Shown: piece after piece, positions 9,461-20,008 of the stretch
Layout: each line of letters starts with the position of its first letter
How positions within the stretch are numbered: position 1 is the stretch's first letter
Source of the DNA: Alphaproteobacteria bacterium
Lineage (GTDB): Bacteria > Pseudomonadota > Alphaproteobacteria > SHVV01
Assembly (NCBI GenBank): GCA_965261735.1
Contig: OZ253470.1
Location: 4,832,001-4,896,000 of the forward strand
DNA length: 64,000 nucleotides
Direction: 5' to 3'
Program-made: the position numbers and the translations under genes
Notes under the pieces: generated by a model
Databases searched by the model: none
What the model was told of the DNA's origin: nothing
Seen by the model: only the letters and a program-made list of their open reading frames with translations

Positions 9461-10600
9461 CTAGTCGAACAGCCGGTCGAGGTAGGCGTTGATGATGTGG
9501 TGCACGCACGATTCGAGGCTCGCCATCGGCCCCGGCGTGTAGCCCTTGATCGACATCGCATGTTGCAGCGACTGCACCATCTGCTTGTCCTCGCTCAACA
9601 CGTAGTCGAGGTACTCGTGGTACACGCGGGCGCGCTCGGCGAAGTCGTCTTCGGCGAAATACTCGGTGGGGAACAGGCTGTAGAGGATGCCGCGTGATTT
9701 GTCCGGCGCCAGCGGCCAGGTGATCAGCATGCGCACCTGGTCGCTGCGAGCGACGATGTAGGTATTGGGCTGCATGAAGCCCATGGTGGCGAAATTGTCG
9801 GGGCGGTCCTCGAGCCAGGGGAGCTTGCCGAACAGCGTCTTGCCGCCCGGTGTCAACGGTACCGAGAGGTAGTCGCTGCGCAGGGCCCCGCGCGCCATCA
9901 GCTTGACCTCGACGTCGTCGTAGGAGGTCTTGGCACCGAACGTCTGCGCGTGCAGCGTGCCGGCGTGGTACATGTCGAGGACGTTTTCGGCGAGCAGCTT
10001 CCAGTTGCAGTCGAAGTCGATGACGATGCGCCCCGACAGCCGGCAGCGTTCGGGATGGAGAAAGCCGAACTCGCGCATGAAGTCGGCGCCGAACTCCTCC
10101 AACGGGGCCGTGTCCGCATCGAAACAGACGAACACGAACCCGGCCCACTCGGCGACCCGCAGCGGCCGCAGCCGGCACGTGGCGGGATCGAACCCTTGGG
10201 TCGCGTTCATGAAGGCGGCGCCGATGAGCCTGCCGTCGAGGTCATAGCGCCAGCCGTGATAGGGGCAGCTGAACTCGCTCGCGTTGCCCGATCCCGTTGC
10301 CACCTCGACGCCGCGATGGGCGCACACGTTGGCGAAGGCGCCGAGCCCGCCGTCCTGATTGCGCGCGACCAGCACGGGCTCGTCGGCGATGCGCATCGCC
10401 ATATAATCGCCCGGATTCTCGACCTCCTCGACGCGGCCGACGCACAGCCAGTCCTTGAAGAACAGCTTCTGTTTCTCGAGTGCGTAGACCTCGGGCGATG
10501 AGTAGATGAAGCCGGGTGCGTGGCGCGCTCGATTGAGCGGGCTCCTGATCTCGTCAAGCCCGCCGCCTGTCGTCGGCTCGCTCCTCATCGCGATTGTCAT
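9461..10600 (-). CDS. Rieske non-heme iron oxygenase alpha subunit (choline monooxygenase/CntA-like group)
   Basis: Rieske motif CAHRG..CPYHGW; NWK..ENVLDMYHAGTLH; C-terminal ED iron ligand. Confidence 0.9.
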   Translation of the reverse strand: MTIAMRSEPTTGGGLDEIRSPLNRARHAPGFIYSSPEVYALEKQKLFFKDWLCVGRVEEVENPGDYMAMRIADEPVLVARNQDGGLGAFANVCAHRGVEVATGSGNASEFSCPYHGWRYDLDGRLIGAAFMNATQGFDPATCRLRPLRVAEWAGFVFVCFDADTAPLEEFGADFMREFGFLHPERCRLSGRIVIDFDCNWKLLAENVLDMYHAGTLHAQTFGAKTSYDDVEVKLMARGALRSDYLSVPLTPGGKTLFGKLPWLEDRPDNFATMGFMQPNTYIVARSDQVRMLITWPLAPDKSRGILYSLFPTEYFAEDDFAERARVYHEYLDYVLSEDKQMVQSLQHAMSIKGYTPGPMASLESCVHHIINAYLDRLFD

Positions 10601-10747
10601 GACCTCGCTCCCGCGCTGTAATCGCCCGTGGCCGGCATGCTAGGTCATTCGCCGCGCCATTCCAACACGTCGGCGCGCCGCCGACGTGGCGGTGGACTCG
10701 GCGCCGCGCAACCCCCATCTATCCGCTGAACCAAGAGCGGTGCCCGC

Positions 10748-11425
10748 ATGCGTGTTCTGGTCATCGAGGACGACGCCGAGGCGGCGGCCTACGTCGTCAA
10801 GGGGTTGACGGAGAGCGGCCATGTGGTCGATCGCGCGCACGACGGCGAGGATGGCCTTACGCTCGCGCGCCTGAGCGACTACGACGTGCTCGTGGTCGAC
10901 CGCATGCTGCCTAAGCGCGACGGGCTCGCGCTGGTCGCCCAGCTTCGGGCCGAGGGGAATGTGACGCCCGTGCTTTTCCTCAGCGCTCTCGGCGCGGTCG
11001 ACGATCGCGTGCGCGGACTCAGGGCGGGCGGCGACGATTATCTGGTCAAGCCCTTTGCCTTTGCCGAGCTCCTGGCCCGTATCGAGGCGGTGGCGCGGCG
11101 CCGCGATGCGGCGGCCGTGCAAACCCGCCTGAGGGTCGCCGACCTCGAACTCGACCTGCTCAGCCGTCGCGCCGAGCGGGCCGGCGTTAGCCTCGATCTC
11201 CAGCCGCGCGAATACACCCTGCTCGAGTGCCTCATGCGCAACGCCGGTCGGGTCTTCACCCGCACGATGCTGCTGGAGCGCGTGTGGGACTACCATTTCG
11301 ACCCCAAGACCAACGTCGTCGACGTCCATATCAGCCGTCTGCGCGCCAAGATCGACAAGGGCTTCGACCGGCCGTTGCTCCATACGGTCCGGGGCGCCGG
11401 GTACTGTCTCCGTGAACCCGACTAG
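10748..11425 (+). CDS. OmpR-family response regulator
   Basis: Receiver domain (EDD, D, KPF) plus winged helix (NVVDVHISRLRAK..TVRGAGY). Confidence 0.95.
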   Translation: MRVLVIEDDAEAAAYVVKGLTESGHVVDRAHDGEDGLTLARLSDYDVLVVDRMLPKRDGLALVAQLRAEGNVTPVLFLSALGAVDDRVRGLRAGGDDYLVKPFAFAELLARIEAVARRRDAAAVQTRLRVADLELDLLSRRAERAGVSLDLQPREYTLLECLMRNAGRVFTRTMLLERVWDYHFDPKTNVVDVHISRLRAKIDKGFDRPLLHTVRGAGYCLREPD

Positions 11426-12773
11426 GCAGCTCCTGCGCACGACGACGTTCCGGCTGGCGCTGATCTACCTTGCGCTGTTCGGCGTTTCGGTTGCGGCCCT
11501 TCTCGGGTTTCTCTACTGGACCAGCGCCCGCATCTTCGTGCAACAGACCGACGAGACCATAGGCGCCGAGATTACCGGCCTAGCCGAGCAGTACGAGCGC
11601 CGCGGGCTCGGCGGCTTGCGCGCCATCGTTCAGGAGCGCGGCCGCGACCAGCGCCAGAGCTTGTACCTGCTGGTTGGCCCCGGCAGCGTACCGCTCGCCG
11701 GCAACCTCGATACCTGGCCGGCCGTCGCCACAGGCGCCGGAGGCTGGCTCGACTTCTTTTACCGACGGCCCATGGGGGCGCGCATCGAAACCCATCCTGC
11801 CCGGGGCCGCCACCTCCTGCTCGCCGGCGGGTTCGAGCTGCTGGTCGGGCGCGACGTCCACCAGCGTCGCGAGATCGAGAAGCTTGTAACTGATGCGCTG
11901 ATCTGGGCCGTGGGGCTCACGCTGGTGCTCGGCCTCGCCGGCGGAGTGATCATGAGCCGGGGCGTGTCGCGCCGCCTTCAAGCGATCAACCGGACGAGCC
12001 GGGACATCATGGCAGGCGACCTCAGTCGGCGCGTCGCGGTGCGCGGCGCCGACGACGAGCTCGACCGGCTCGCCCAAAACCTCAACGCCATGCTCGATCA
12101 AATCGAGCGCCTCATGACCGGCATGCGCGAGGTCACCGACAACATCGCCCACGACCTGCGGACCCCGCTCAACCGGCTGCTCGGCCGGCTCGACGTCGCG
12201 TTGAGGGACAAATCGGCGGCGCCCCAATTCCGAAAAACGCTCGAGGATATGACCGCGGAGGTTCAACAAATCCTGGCCACCTTCGATGCCGTGCTCAGCA
12301 TTGCCCGCGTCGAGTCGGGGGCGACGTACGAGATGGCGAGCGTCGATCTCAGTGCCCTCGGGCGCGACTCCGGCGAACTCTATGCACCAGCGGCCGAGGA
12401 CAAGGGCCTGCGTTTCGACGTCGCCGTCGAGGAGGGCCTCGCCGTGCGCGGCGAGCGCCACCTGCTTCAGCACGCGGCCGCCAACCTCCTCGACAACGCC
12501 ATCAAGTACACGCCGGCGGGGGGCGTTGTGACCCTGCGCGTGCGCCGAAGCGGCACCTTCAGCGAGCTCGAGGTCGCCGACAGTGGTCCTGGCATTCCGG
12601 CGGCCGATCGCGAGCGTGTGCTCGAGCGTTTCACACGCTTGGAGGCGAGCCGGAAAAGCCCCGGGGCGGGCCTCGGGCTCAGTCTCGTCAAGGCGGTGGC
12701 CGGCTTGCACGGCGCGGCGCTACGGCTCGAAGACAACGAACCGGGGCTGCGGGTGGTTCTGCGTTTCGGGTGA
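11412..12773 (+). CDS. Sensor histidine kinase (2 TM, HAMP, HisKA, HATPase)
   Basis: IAHDLRTPL, NLLDNAIKY, DSGPG and GAGLGL motifs. Confidence 0.95.
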   Translation: MNPTRQLLRTTTFRLALIYLALFGVSVAALLGFLYWTSARIFVQQTDETIGAEITGLAEQYERRGLGGLRAIVQERGRDQRQSLYLLVGPGSVPLAGNLDTWPAVATGAGGWLDFFYRRPMGARIETHPARGRHLLLAGGFELLVGRDVHQRREIEKLVTDALIWAVGLTLVLGLAGGVIMSRGVSRRLQAINRTSRDIMAGDLSRRVAVRGADDELDRLAQNLNAMLDQIERLMTGMREVTDNIAHDLRTPLNRLLGRLDVALRDKSAAPQFRKTLEDMTAEVQQILATFDAVLSIARVESGATYEMASVDLSALGRDSGELYAPAAEDKGLRFDVAVEEGLAVRGERHLLQHAAANLLDNAIKYTPAGGVVTLRVRRSGTFSELEVADSGPGIPAADRERVLERFTRLEASRKSPGAGLGLSLVKAVAGLHGAALRLEDNEPGLRVVLRFG

Positions 12774-12945
12774 CACTCGCGGCCTGCCCCGTGTGCCGAG
12801 CCACGAATGAAAAAATCGTAATCCTCCGGACAGCGCCCCGCCATCGCGGACGCTTACCTTTCTGTGCATGTGAGCGGCAGGAAGGGCGCGACGCGGAGTG
12901 CCGTCTCGCGACCCGCCGCCAGGAACGTGAACGGAGGCATTAGGA

Positions 12946-14438
12946 TGACCAAGCGTCCATCTATCGCAAGGCGCGTACCCAGGGTGCTCGGGGCGGCGCT
13001 CGGCGTCGCCGTGCTCGCCGGCGCCGTGACGACGTTCGTCGTGATCCAGTCGCCGAGCGCGAGCGTGGTGGCGACCGAGCGCGGGGCACCGTTCGCCATG
13101 GTGAACCTCGTCGACGTCATCGGGCGTGTCGGCCCCGCGGTGGTCAGCGTTCAGGTCTCGCGCAAGCCGGCCGCGATGCCCGCGCGAGCGGCCCCAGAAT
13201 TGCCCGAGGGAGCACGCGAGTTCTTCGAGCACTTCTTCGGCCGCGACATGCCGCGGAGCTTCGGCGAGACGCCTCGGCAACGGGACATGCCGCGGGCGAT
13301 GAGCGGCGTCGGCTCTGGATTTCTTATCGACAACCAGGGCCACATCGCCACCAACGATCACGTGGTGCGCGATGCAACCCGGATCACCGTCGTACTCCAG
13401 AACGGCGAGCGCCACGACGCCAAACTTGTGGGCCAAGACGCGCGGACCGACCTCGCGCTGCTCAAGATTGACCCGCCTCGGGATACGCCTCATCTCGCCT
13501 TCGGCGATTCCGACGGGCTGAAGATCGGCGAATGGGTGATCGCCTTGGGCAACCCCTTCGGGCTCGGTCACAGCGCAACGGCTGGGATCGTGTCCGCGCG
13601 CAGCCGCAACCTCGGCGCCGGATCCTACGACGACTTCCTGCAGATCGACGCGCGCATCAACCCCGGCAGTTCCGGCGGCCCCGTGTTCAACGCAGCGGGT
13701 GAAGTCGTCGGCGTCAGCACGGCGATCATCGCGCCGAATGGGGTCAACGTCGGCATCGGTTTTGCCATCCCCTCGGCACAGGCCATGCCCATCCTCGAGC
13801 AGCTTAGGGACGATGGCAGCGTGACCCGCGGCTGGCTCGGCGTCCAGATCCAACCGGTCGATCGCGACATCGCCGACAGCCTGGGCATGGGCGAGGCGAC
13901 CGGGGCCATCGTCGCCAAGGTGACGCCAGAAAGCCCGGCCGAACGTGCCGGCGTCGAGGCCGGCGACGTGATCCTGAAGGTCGGCAGCGAGCGCATCGCC
14001 CACATGCGCGGCCTGCCCTGGCTGATCGCGGGCCTGAAGCCGGGCGCGAAGGCCGAGCTGACGGTCTGGCGTCGGGATGCGGAAATGAAGCTAGCCGTCG
14101 AGATCGGTGACGTGCCGGACACCACCAAGATGGCGGCGCTGAGCGACGCCGATGTTCTCGGTATGCGGCTGGCCGCCAACGAGCCGCGGCCGTCGAGCAC
14201 CGCAGAAGCGGCGACAGGCGTGCTCATCACGGAGGTTCGGCCCGAGAGCGCGGCCGCTAAGACCGGACTTGTCGCCGGGGACATAGTCAATGCCGTCGGC
14301 TACGAGCGTGTCAACCGGCCCGCCGACGTCGTCGATGCCATCGAGGCGGCGCACCAACTGAACCGCAAAGCCGTGCTGCTGCTCGTCATGCGCGACGGGC
14401 AGGAGCGGTTCGTGGCCTTGCCACTGAGCGACGCCTGA
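12946..14438 (+). CDS. Do/DegQ/HtrA serine protease with two PDZ domains
   Basis: GSGF, TNDHVV, TDLALLK and INPGSSGGP catalytic-triad motifs; RGWLGVQIQ PDZ start. Confidence 0.93.
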
Positions 14439-14503
14439 GCAAGGGAGCGAGGAGGAGCCGGCGTCCCCGCCGCGCGGCCGGGGCGCCGGCCTACTTGTGC
14501 CTA

Positions 14504-15241
14504 TTAGAGATTTGCAACGCCGTCGCCGGGCAGCTCGAACAGTCCCTCGGGGAGCGTGGCGACGTAGGGTAGCACTTCGTTGCTGGCGACCACGTCGGCG
14601 TACTTGGCGTTCATGTCGAGCAGGTTGATCGCGTGCTCGACCACGGTCCGGTCGAAGCACGCGTCCTCCACGACGATACAGCGAAAGTTGTAGCTGAACG
14701 CATCGATCACCGCGGCGCGCACGCAGCCGCTCGTCGAGGTGCCGCAAACGAGCAGGCTGTCGACCTTGAGCTTGATCAGGTGATCGAGCAGCGCGGTGCC
14801 GTGGAAGGGGCTCGGCTTCTGCTTGCGGACGACGATGTCGCGCGGCGCCGGTGCGATCTCGGCAACGATCTCGTTGCCCTTGGCCTCGCGCTCGGGATCC
14901 TCGCTCATGCGCCCGTGCTTGTGGGCCCAGCCACCGAGATCGAAGCCGTCGCGGCGGAACTCGTTGGTCGAATAGATGACGGGAAGCCCCTTGCTACGGC
15001 ACGCCGCGAGCAGCTTTTGGATGACCTCGATGGCAATCCAGCCCTCCTCGCCGCAGGCGTTCGGCCAGCGTTTGATAGCGTCGAAGATCGGCTCGGGCCG
15101 GTCGCCGGCGAAGTTGTAACTCACATCGATAATGAACAAAGCCGGACGCCCCAGGAAGCCAGCGCGCTGGCCGTAGCCGGCAGCCTCGAGCACGTGCCTA
15201 TCGCGCTCGGACAGGAAGGGGTCCCAGATTCGCTCGCCCAT
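14504..15241 (-). CDS. Isochorismatase/cysteine hydrolase family amidase (maleamate amidohydrolase-like)
   Basis: PALFIIDV, KQKPSPFHGT and GTSTSGCVRA motifs. Confidence 0.88.
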   Translation of the reverse strand: MGERIWDPFLSERDRHVLEAAGYGQRAGFLGRPALFIIDVSYNFAGDRPEPIFDAIKRWPNACGEEGWIAIEVIQKLLAACRSKGLPVIYSTNEFRRDGFDLGGWAHKHGRMSEDPEREAKGNEIVAEIAPAPRDIVVRKQKPSPFHGTALLDHLIKLKVDSLLVCGTSTSGCVRAAVIDAFSYNFRCIVVEDACFDRTVVEHAINLLDMNAKYADVVASNEVLPYVATLPEGLFELPGDGVANL

Positions 15242-15368
15242 GACCGGCCTCCGTTCGCGGGTAGCACAAGGATAGACCGGCCCCAGCCGGTGTCCAGCGC
15301 GCGGTGACGGCAAAGCGTTTACCGGGGGCGATGATGCGCGTACTGTTTGCGCAACCCAGGGGGACGAC

Positions 15369-16835
15369 ATGGCGCTGGATTCAGCCCAGATTCGCGAACA
15401 GCTTGGCCACCCGGTCATCGACGGCGACGGCCATCTCATCGAAGTCGGCCCCGTGCTCCTCGACTATCTGAAGCAGGTCGGCGGCAAAGACCTCGCCGAG
15501 CGCTACGCCGGTGTGATCAGCAAGAAGGGCGGCGCGTTCTATCGCTGGTACCGGCTGACGCCCGAGGAGCGCCGGCACTATCGTGTCGGCCGCCCGCCGT
15601 TCTGGGTGGTGCCGACGGCCAATACGCCCGACCGCGCCGCAGCCATGATGCCGGCCCTGCTAAGCGAGCGGCTCGACGAGTTCGGTATCGATTTCTCGCT
15701 CCTTTATCCGACCGAGGGGTTGATCGTTATCCGGCTCGAGGACGCGGAGCTGCGCGCCGCGGCGGCGCGCGCCATCAACATGATGAACGCAGAGCTGTTC
15801 GCGCCGCACGGCGCGCGTCTTGCGCCGGCTGCGATCATCCCCATGCACACGCCCGAGGAGGCGATCGCCGAGCTCGACTTCGCCATCGGCGAGCTCGGCC
15901 TCAAGGTCGCGATGGTCTCGGGCACGGTGCGGCGCGGTTATCCCGATTCGAACGATGCCCGCGCCTACTGGATCGATGCGCTGGCGCTCGACGGTGCCCA
16001 CGACTACGACCCGGTGTGGCAGAAGTGCATCGATCTCGGCGTCGCGGCGACGACTCATGCCGTCAGCCTGGGATGGGTTACCCGCTCCTCGGTATCGAAC
16101 TACATGTACAACCACCTCGGTCACTTCGCCGCGGCCGGCGAGACCTTCTGCAAGGCGCTGTTCCTGGGCGGGGTGACGCGGCGCTTTCCGGCGCTCAAGT
16201 TCGGCTTCCTCGAGTGCGGCGTGGGCTGGGCCGCGAGCCTGTACAACGACCTCATCGGCCACTGGGAGAAGCGCAATTTGGGCGCGCTCAAGGCGAATCT
16301 GGACCCCGCGCTCGTCGACCGCGCCGCCTTCGCCGACCTCATTGTGCGCTACGGCGATGAGCGCGTGCGCGCCAAGCTCGAATACTTGCGCGAGCGCGAC
16401 GGCATCTTCCTCGACCAGGTGGCCGAGAACGAGGACGAGCTCGACGAGTGGGCGGCGTGCGCGATCGAGCGCGCGCAAGACATCCACGACCTCTTCGTGC
16501 CCAACTTCTACTTCGGCTGCGAGGCCGACGATCCGATGACGGCGGTCGCCTTCAACGCCCGGGTCAACCGCTTCGGTGCCCGGCTCAAGGCGATCATGAG
16601 CTCGGACATCGGCCACTGGGACGTGCCCGATGCGCGCGCCGTGCTCGTCGAGGCCTGGGAGCTCGTGGAGGACGGGGTGCTGAGCGAGGCCGACTTCCGC
16701 GACTTCACCTTCGCCAACCCGGCCGAGCTGCACAGCACGATGAACCCGGACTTCTTCGCCGGCACCGCGGTCGCCGACGCCGTCGCCAAGCTCCGGGCCG
16801 AGGCCCCCGGGGGCCTGCGCGCCGCCGGAGAGTGA
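15369..16835 (+). CDS. Amidohydrolase_2-family metallohydrolase
   Basis: IDGDGH, DYDPVW, LECG and SSDIGHWD motifs. Confidence 0.85.
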   Translation: MALDSAQIREQLGHPVIDGDGHLIEVGPVLLDYLKQVGGKDLAERYAGVISKKGGAFYRWYRLTPEERRHYRVGRPPFWVVPTANTPDRAAAMMPALLSERLDEFGIDFSLLYPTEGLIVIRLEDAELRAAAARAINMMNAELFAPHGARLAPAAIIPMHTPEEAIAELDFAIGELGLKVAMVSGTVRRGYPDSNDARAYWIDALALDGAHDYDPVWQKCIDLGVAATTHAVSLGWVTRSSVSNYMYNHLGHFAAAGETFCKALFLGGVTRRFPALKFGFLECGVGWAASLYNDLIGHWEKRNLGALKANLDPALVDRAAFADLIVRYGDERVRAKLEYLRERDGIFLDQVAENEDELDEWAACAIERAQDIHDLFVPNFYFGCEADDPMTAVAFNARVNRFGARLKAIMSSDIGHWDVPDARAVLVEAWELVEDGVLSEADFRDFTFANPAELHSTMNPDFFAGTAVADAVAKLRAEAPGGLRAAGE

Positions 16836-16848
16836 GAAGCCGCCCGGC

Positions 16849-18090
16849 TCAGGCGCCGCGTATCGGGTCTACCGCCCGGGTCATCGGCGCCGCGATAAGC
16901 GCGGAGGCAAAGACGATGTAGCCGGCGCTCGCCGCCGCGATCGTCGCCATCGACACGTCGAGATCGATCAGCCAGCCGATAGCGCCGGGCGAGAGTGCGC
17001 TCGCGAAGACGGTCAGCGCCCAGGCCATCGAACGGATCGCGCCGAGGTGGACGACGCCGTATATCTCCGCCCACACCGCGCCGAGCACGGTCACGCTCAA
17101 GCCGCCGCCGATCCCGAAAAGAATGAGATAGAGAAGCACGGTCGCGGGGTGCGAGAGAGTCGCGATCAAGACCATGCCGAGCGCCATCGGTATCAGGAAG
17201 TACGGCAGCACTCGAAGGGCTCCGAAGCGGTCGACCAGGGGGCCAGCGGCGAGCAAGGTCGCCACCATGGCGGCCGCGAAGGCAACGAAACCGATCGCGA
17301 CCAGCGTCAGGCTCCACCCCTTGGACTGGGCGAGATGAACCTGGTGAAAGAAGAACGCGGTCATGATGAAGGGCTGCGCCATCACCGCCGGCAGGAGGCG
17401 ATAGAAGCGCCCGTCCCGTAACACCTCGGGCCGCGTCCATTCGTGATGCTCCGCGGTCCCGCGTGGCGTGTCGGCGGCGGCTCGTTGCTGGAAGCGGCGA
17501 TGGCGCTCCCCGTGGCCCTTGAGCGTCCACAGCACGAGGGGCACGACAAGGACACCGAGTCCAATGCCGATCACCGCCCATGCGCCACGCCATCCCACGA
17601 GTGCGATCAACGATACCGTCGCGAGGGGGAAGACCGCGTTGCCCAACGAATGGCCGAGCGAGGCGATGCTGAGGGCCTTGCCGCGGCCGCTATCGAAGTA
17701 GCGTGCCATGCTCGTCACCGAGGCGTGGCTCATGATCCCCTGTCCGGTAAGGCGCAGGCCGTAGATGGCGACGAACAGGACGACCGTCGAGGTCATACCC
17801 GCCATGAGTAGACAGGCAAGGGCGAGCCCGGCACACGCGAGAGCGCTGTACAGGCGCAGGTCGACGACGTCGATAAGGCGCCCGAGCCACACCAGGCTTG
17901 CGGCGCTGGCCAGGGTCGCGGCCGAATAGACGCCGCCGAATTCGCCGTGCGAGAGCGAAAAGGTGGCGCGTATTTCGGCACCGAACAGCGCGACGAAGTA
18001 GGTTTGGCCAAAGCTCGCAAAGAAGGCGAGCGACAGGCCGAAGGCGAGAAACCGACGGTTCTCGATAACGAACGCAAAGTAGCTCAGCAC
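16849..18090 (-). CDS. MFS transporter
   Basis: About 12 hydrophobic segments; GRLID and GPLVDRFG motifs. Confidence 0.9.
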   Translation of the reverse strand: MLSYFAFVIENRRFLAFGLSLAFFASFGQTYFVALFGAEIRATFSLSHGEFGGVYSAATLASAASLVWLGRLIDVVDLRLYSALACAGLALACLLMAGMTSTVVLFVAIYGLRLTGQGIMSHASVTSMARYFDSGRGKALSIASLGHSLGNAVFPLATVSLIALVGWRGAWAVIGIGLGVLVVPLVLWTLKGHGERHRRFQQRAAADTPRGTAEHHEWTRPEVLRDGRFYRLLPAVMAQPFIMTAFFFHQVHLAQSKGWSLTLVAIGFVAFAAAMVATLLAAGPLVDRFGALRVLPYFLIPMALGMVLIATLSHPATVLLYLILFGIGGGLSVTVLGAVWAEIYGVVHLGAIRSMAWALTVFASALSPGAIGWLIDLDVSMATIAAASAGYIVFASALIAAPMTRAVDPIRGA

Positions 18091-18222
18091 CGAAATCTCC
18101 CGCCGGCGCGGCGCCGCGCTAGGATGTATAGCACGTGAAGTAGCGGCCCGATTGGTCGAGGAAAATGACGAAGATTCGCCAGTTCAACATCACCCACGTG
18201 CCAGAGGAGGACCGCCTGCTAC

Positions 18223-19656
18223 GATCGTGTCCCGCGGAGTGGTGTAAGAGCGTTGCGCTCTACGCGGCTCCCGGCGGGTAGGGCCGGGACGTTCAGGCTG
18301 CCACGGTGGGCAGCGTGATGGGGACACCATCGCTCAGCGGAGCGATGGATTCCAGCGTCATGTATCTCCTTGAGACGGCCCACTCGTCGTTCTGCTCGAG
18401 AAGGATGGCGCCGACGAGCCGTGTGATGGCGGCTTCGTTGGGAAAGATACCGACGACGTTGGTGCGACGCTTGACCTCGGCATGGAGCCGTTCGATCGGG
18501 TTTGTGGAGTGCAATTTCTGGCGGTGCTCCCTGGGGAAGCTCATGTAGGCGAGGACGTCGTGCTCGGCTTCGTCCATGAGAACTGCCAGCTTGGGCACCT
18601 TGGGCCTGAGCTGGTCGGCGACCTGGCGCCACTGGACCTTCGCGCTGTCGGCGTCCTCCTGGGCGAAGGCGGAGACGACGCGCCGGCCCTGGCGGCCGGC
18701 ATGGGCCAGCAGGTTGCGGGCGAAGTGCACGCGGCAGCGCTGCCATGTGGCGCCGAGGATCCGGGTCGCGGCGGCCTTCAGGCCCTTGTGGTCGTCGGAG
18801 ATCACCAGCTTCACGCCGCGCAGCCCGCGCCGGGCCAGCGAGCGCAGGAACTCGGTCCAGAAGGTCTCGGCCTCCGACGCGCCGATCGCCACGCCCAGGA
18901 CCTCGCGGCGGCCTTGGTCGTTGACGGCCACAGCCACGGTCACCGCGACCGAGACGATGCGTCCGGTCTGGCGCACCTTCACGTAGGTGGCGTCGAGCCA
19001 CAGATAGGGCCAGTCGCCCTCCAGCGGTCGATCGAGGAAGCCGGTGACCTTATCGTCGATCTCGCCGCACAGCCTGGAGACCTGGCTCTTGGAGGCGCCC
19101 GACATCCCCATCGCCTGAACCAGATCGTCGACCGAGCGGGTCGACACCCCCTGGATGTAGGCCTCCTGGATCACCGCAGCCAGCGCCTTCTCGGCCATCC
19201 GCCGCGGCTCCAGGAAGCCCGGGAAGTAGCTTCCCTTCCTCAGCTTCGGGATCTTCAGCTCGACCGTGCCGGCCCGCGTCTCCCAGGACCGGTCGCGGTA
19301 GCCGTTGCGATGGGTGATACGATCCGCCGAGCGCTCGCCGTGCCCGGCGCCGGTCAGGCCCTCAACCTCCAGTGCCATCAGCCGCTCGGCCGTGAAGCCG
19401 ATCATCTCGCAAAGCAGATCGGCATCGGAGCTCTTCTCCAAAAGCGCGCGCAGGGTCATCATGTCCTGGGTCATCGTGGTTCTCCTTCGGGTCAGGTTGG
19501 TTTGCACTAGCCCAACCCTAAACCGGAACCGCGATGGCCTCCGCTGTGGATAGCCGGCTTGCCTACGCCAGACTCTCGGCGGTCGCTACGGCAAGCCGCC
19601 TACCCACAGCTACCAGAGGCTCCAACAACTCCTACACCACGTCCTGGGACACGACC
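18223..19656 (-). mobile_element. IS256-family element A (1434 bp)
   Basis: Imperfect 28-bp terminal inverted repeats (TIRs) GATCGTGTCCCG.. / ..GGGACACGACC; 8-bp target-site duplication (TSD) CCTGCTAC at 18215-18222 and 19657-19664. Confidence 0.95.
18293..19474 (-). CDS. IS256-family transposase
   Basis: [29 protein letters not shown] and [15 protein letters not shown] motifs. Confidence 0.93.
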   Translation of the reverse strand: MTQDMMTLRALLEKSSDADLLCEMIGFTAERLMALEVEGLTGAGHGERSADRITHRNGYRDRSWETRAGTVELKIPKLRKGSYFPGFLEPRRMAEKALAAVIQEAYIQGVSTRSVDDLVQAMGMSGASKSQVSRLCGEIDDKVTGFLDRPLEGDWPYLWLDATYVKVRQTGRIVSVAVTVAVAVNDQGRREVLGVAIGASEAETFWTEFLRSLARRGLRGVKLVISDDHKGLKAAATRILGATWQRCRVHFARNLLAHAGRQGRRVVSAFAQEDADSAKVQWRQVADQLRPKVPKLAVLMDEAEHDVLAYMSFPREHRQKLHSTNPIERLHAEVKRRTNVVGIFPNEAAITRLVGAILLEQNDEWAVSRRYMTLESIAPLSDGVPITLPTVAA

Positions 19657-20008
19657 CCTGCTACTGCGCCTGAACACGACCGATCGAAGCGAGTTCCGGC
19701 TGTGGCTGACGCGCCGCATGGCCAAGGTGCTCGGTGCGCGGCTCGGTGCGCTTGTCGCCGCGCACCCACAGGTGGCCCGCCAGGCCCATGCCGCCGCGCG
19801 CCAGGCGGTGGCCTCGTTTCAGCGCGAGAGCGCGGTCGCGCGGACCGACTTCTCACGGCCCTACGAGGAAGCCAAGCATGCGCGACCGCTCGGCGAAGAG
19901 CCGATTCTGGTGACGAAGGTTGGTGTCGCGACCGCGGACGACGGCACGCACAGGGTGACGTTTGCGCCGGCCAAGGGTCAGGAGATCACCCTCAACCTGA
20001 ATGCCCAA

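Noticed and set aside
12806-12872. Possible response-regulator boxes upstream of the DegQ gene (ATGAAAAAATCGTAAT; CTTACCTTTCTGTGCAT)
   Set aside because: Plausible from context but too degenerate to call.
14457-14490. GC hairpin between the DegQ and isochorismatase genes
   Set aside because: Could be a terminator, but it has no U-tract and such hairpins are common at this GC content.
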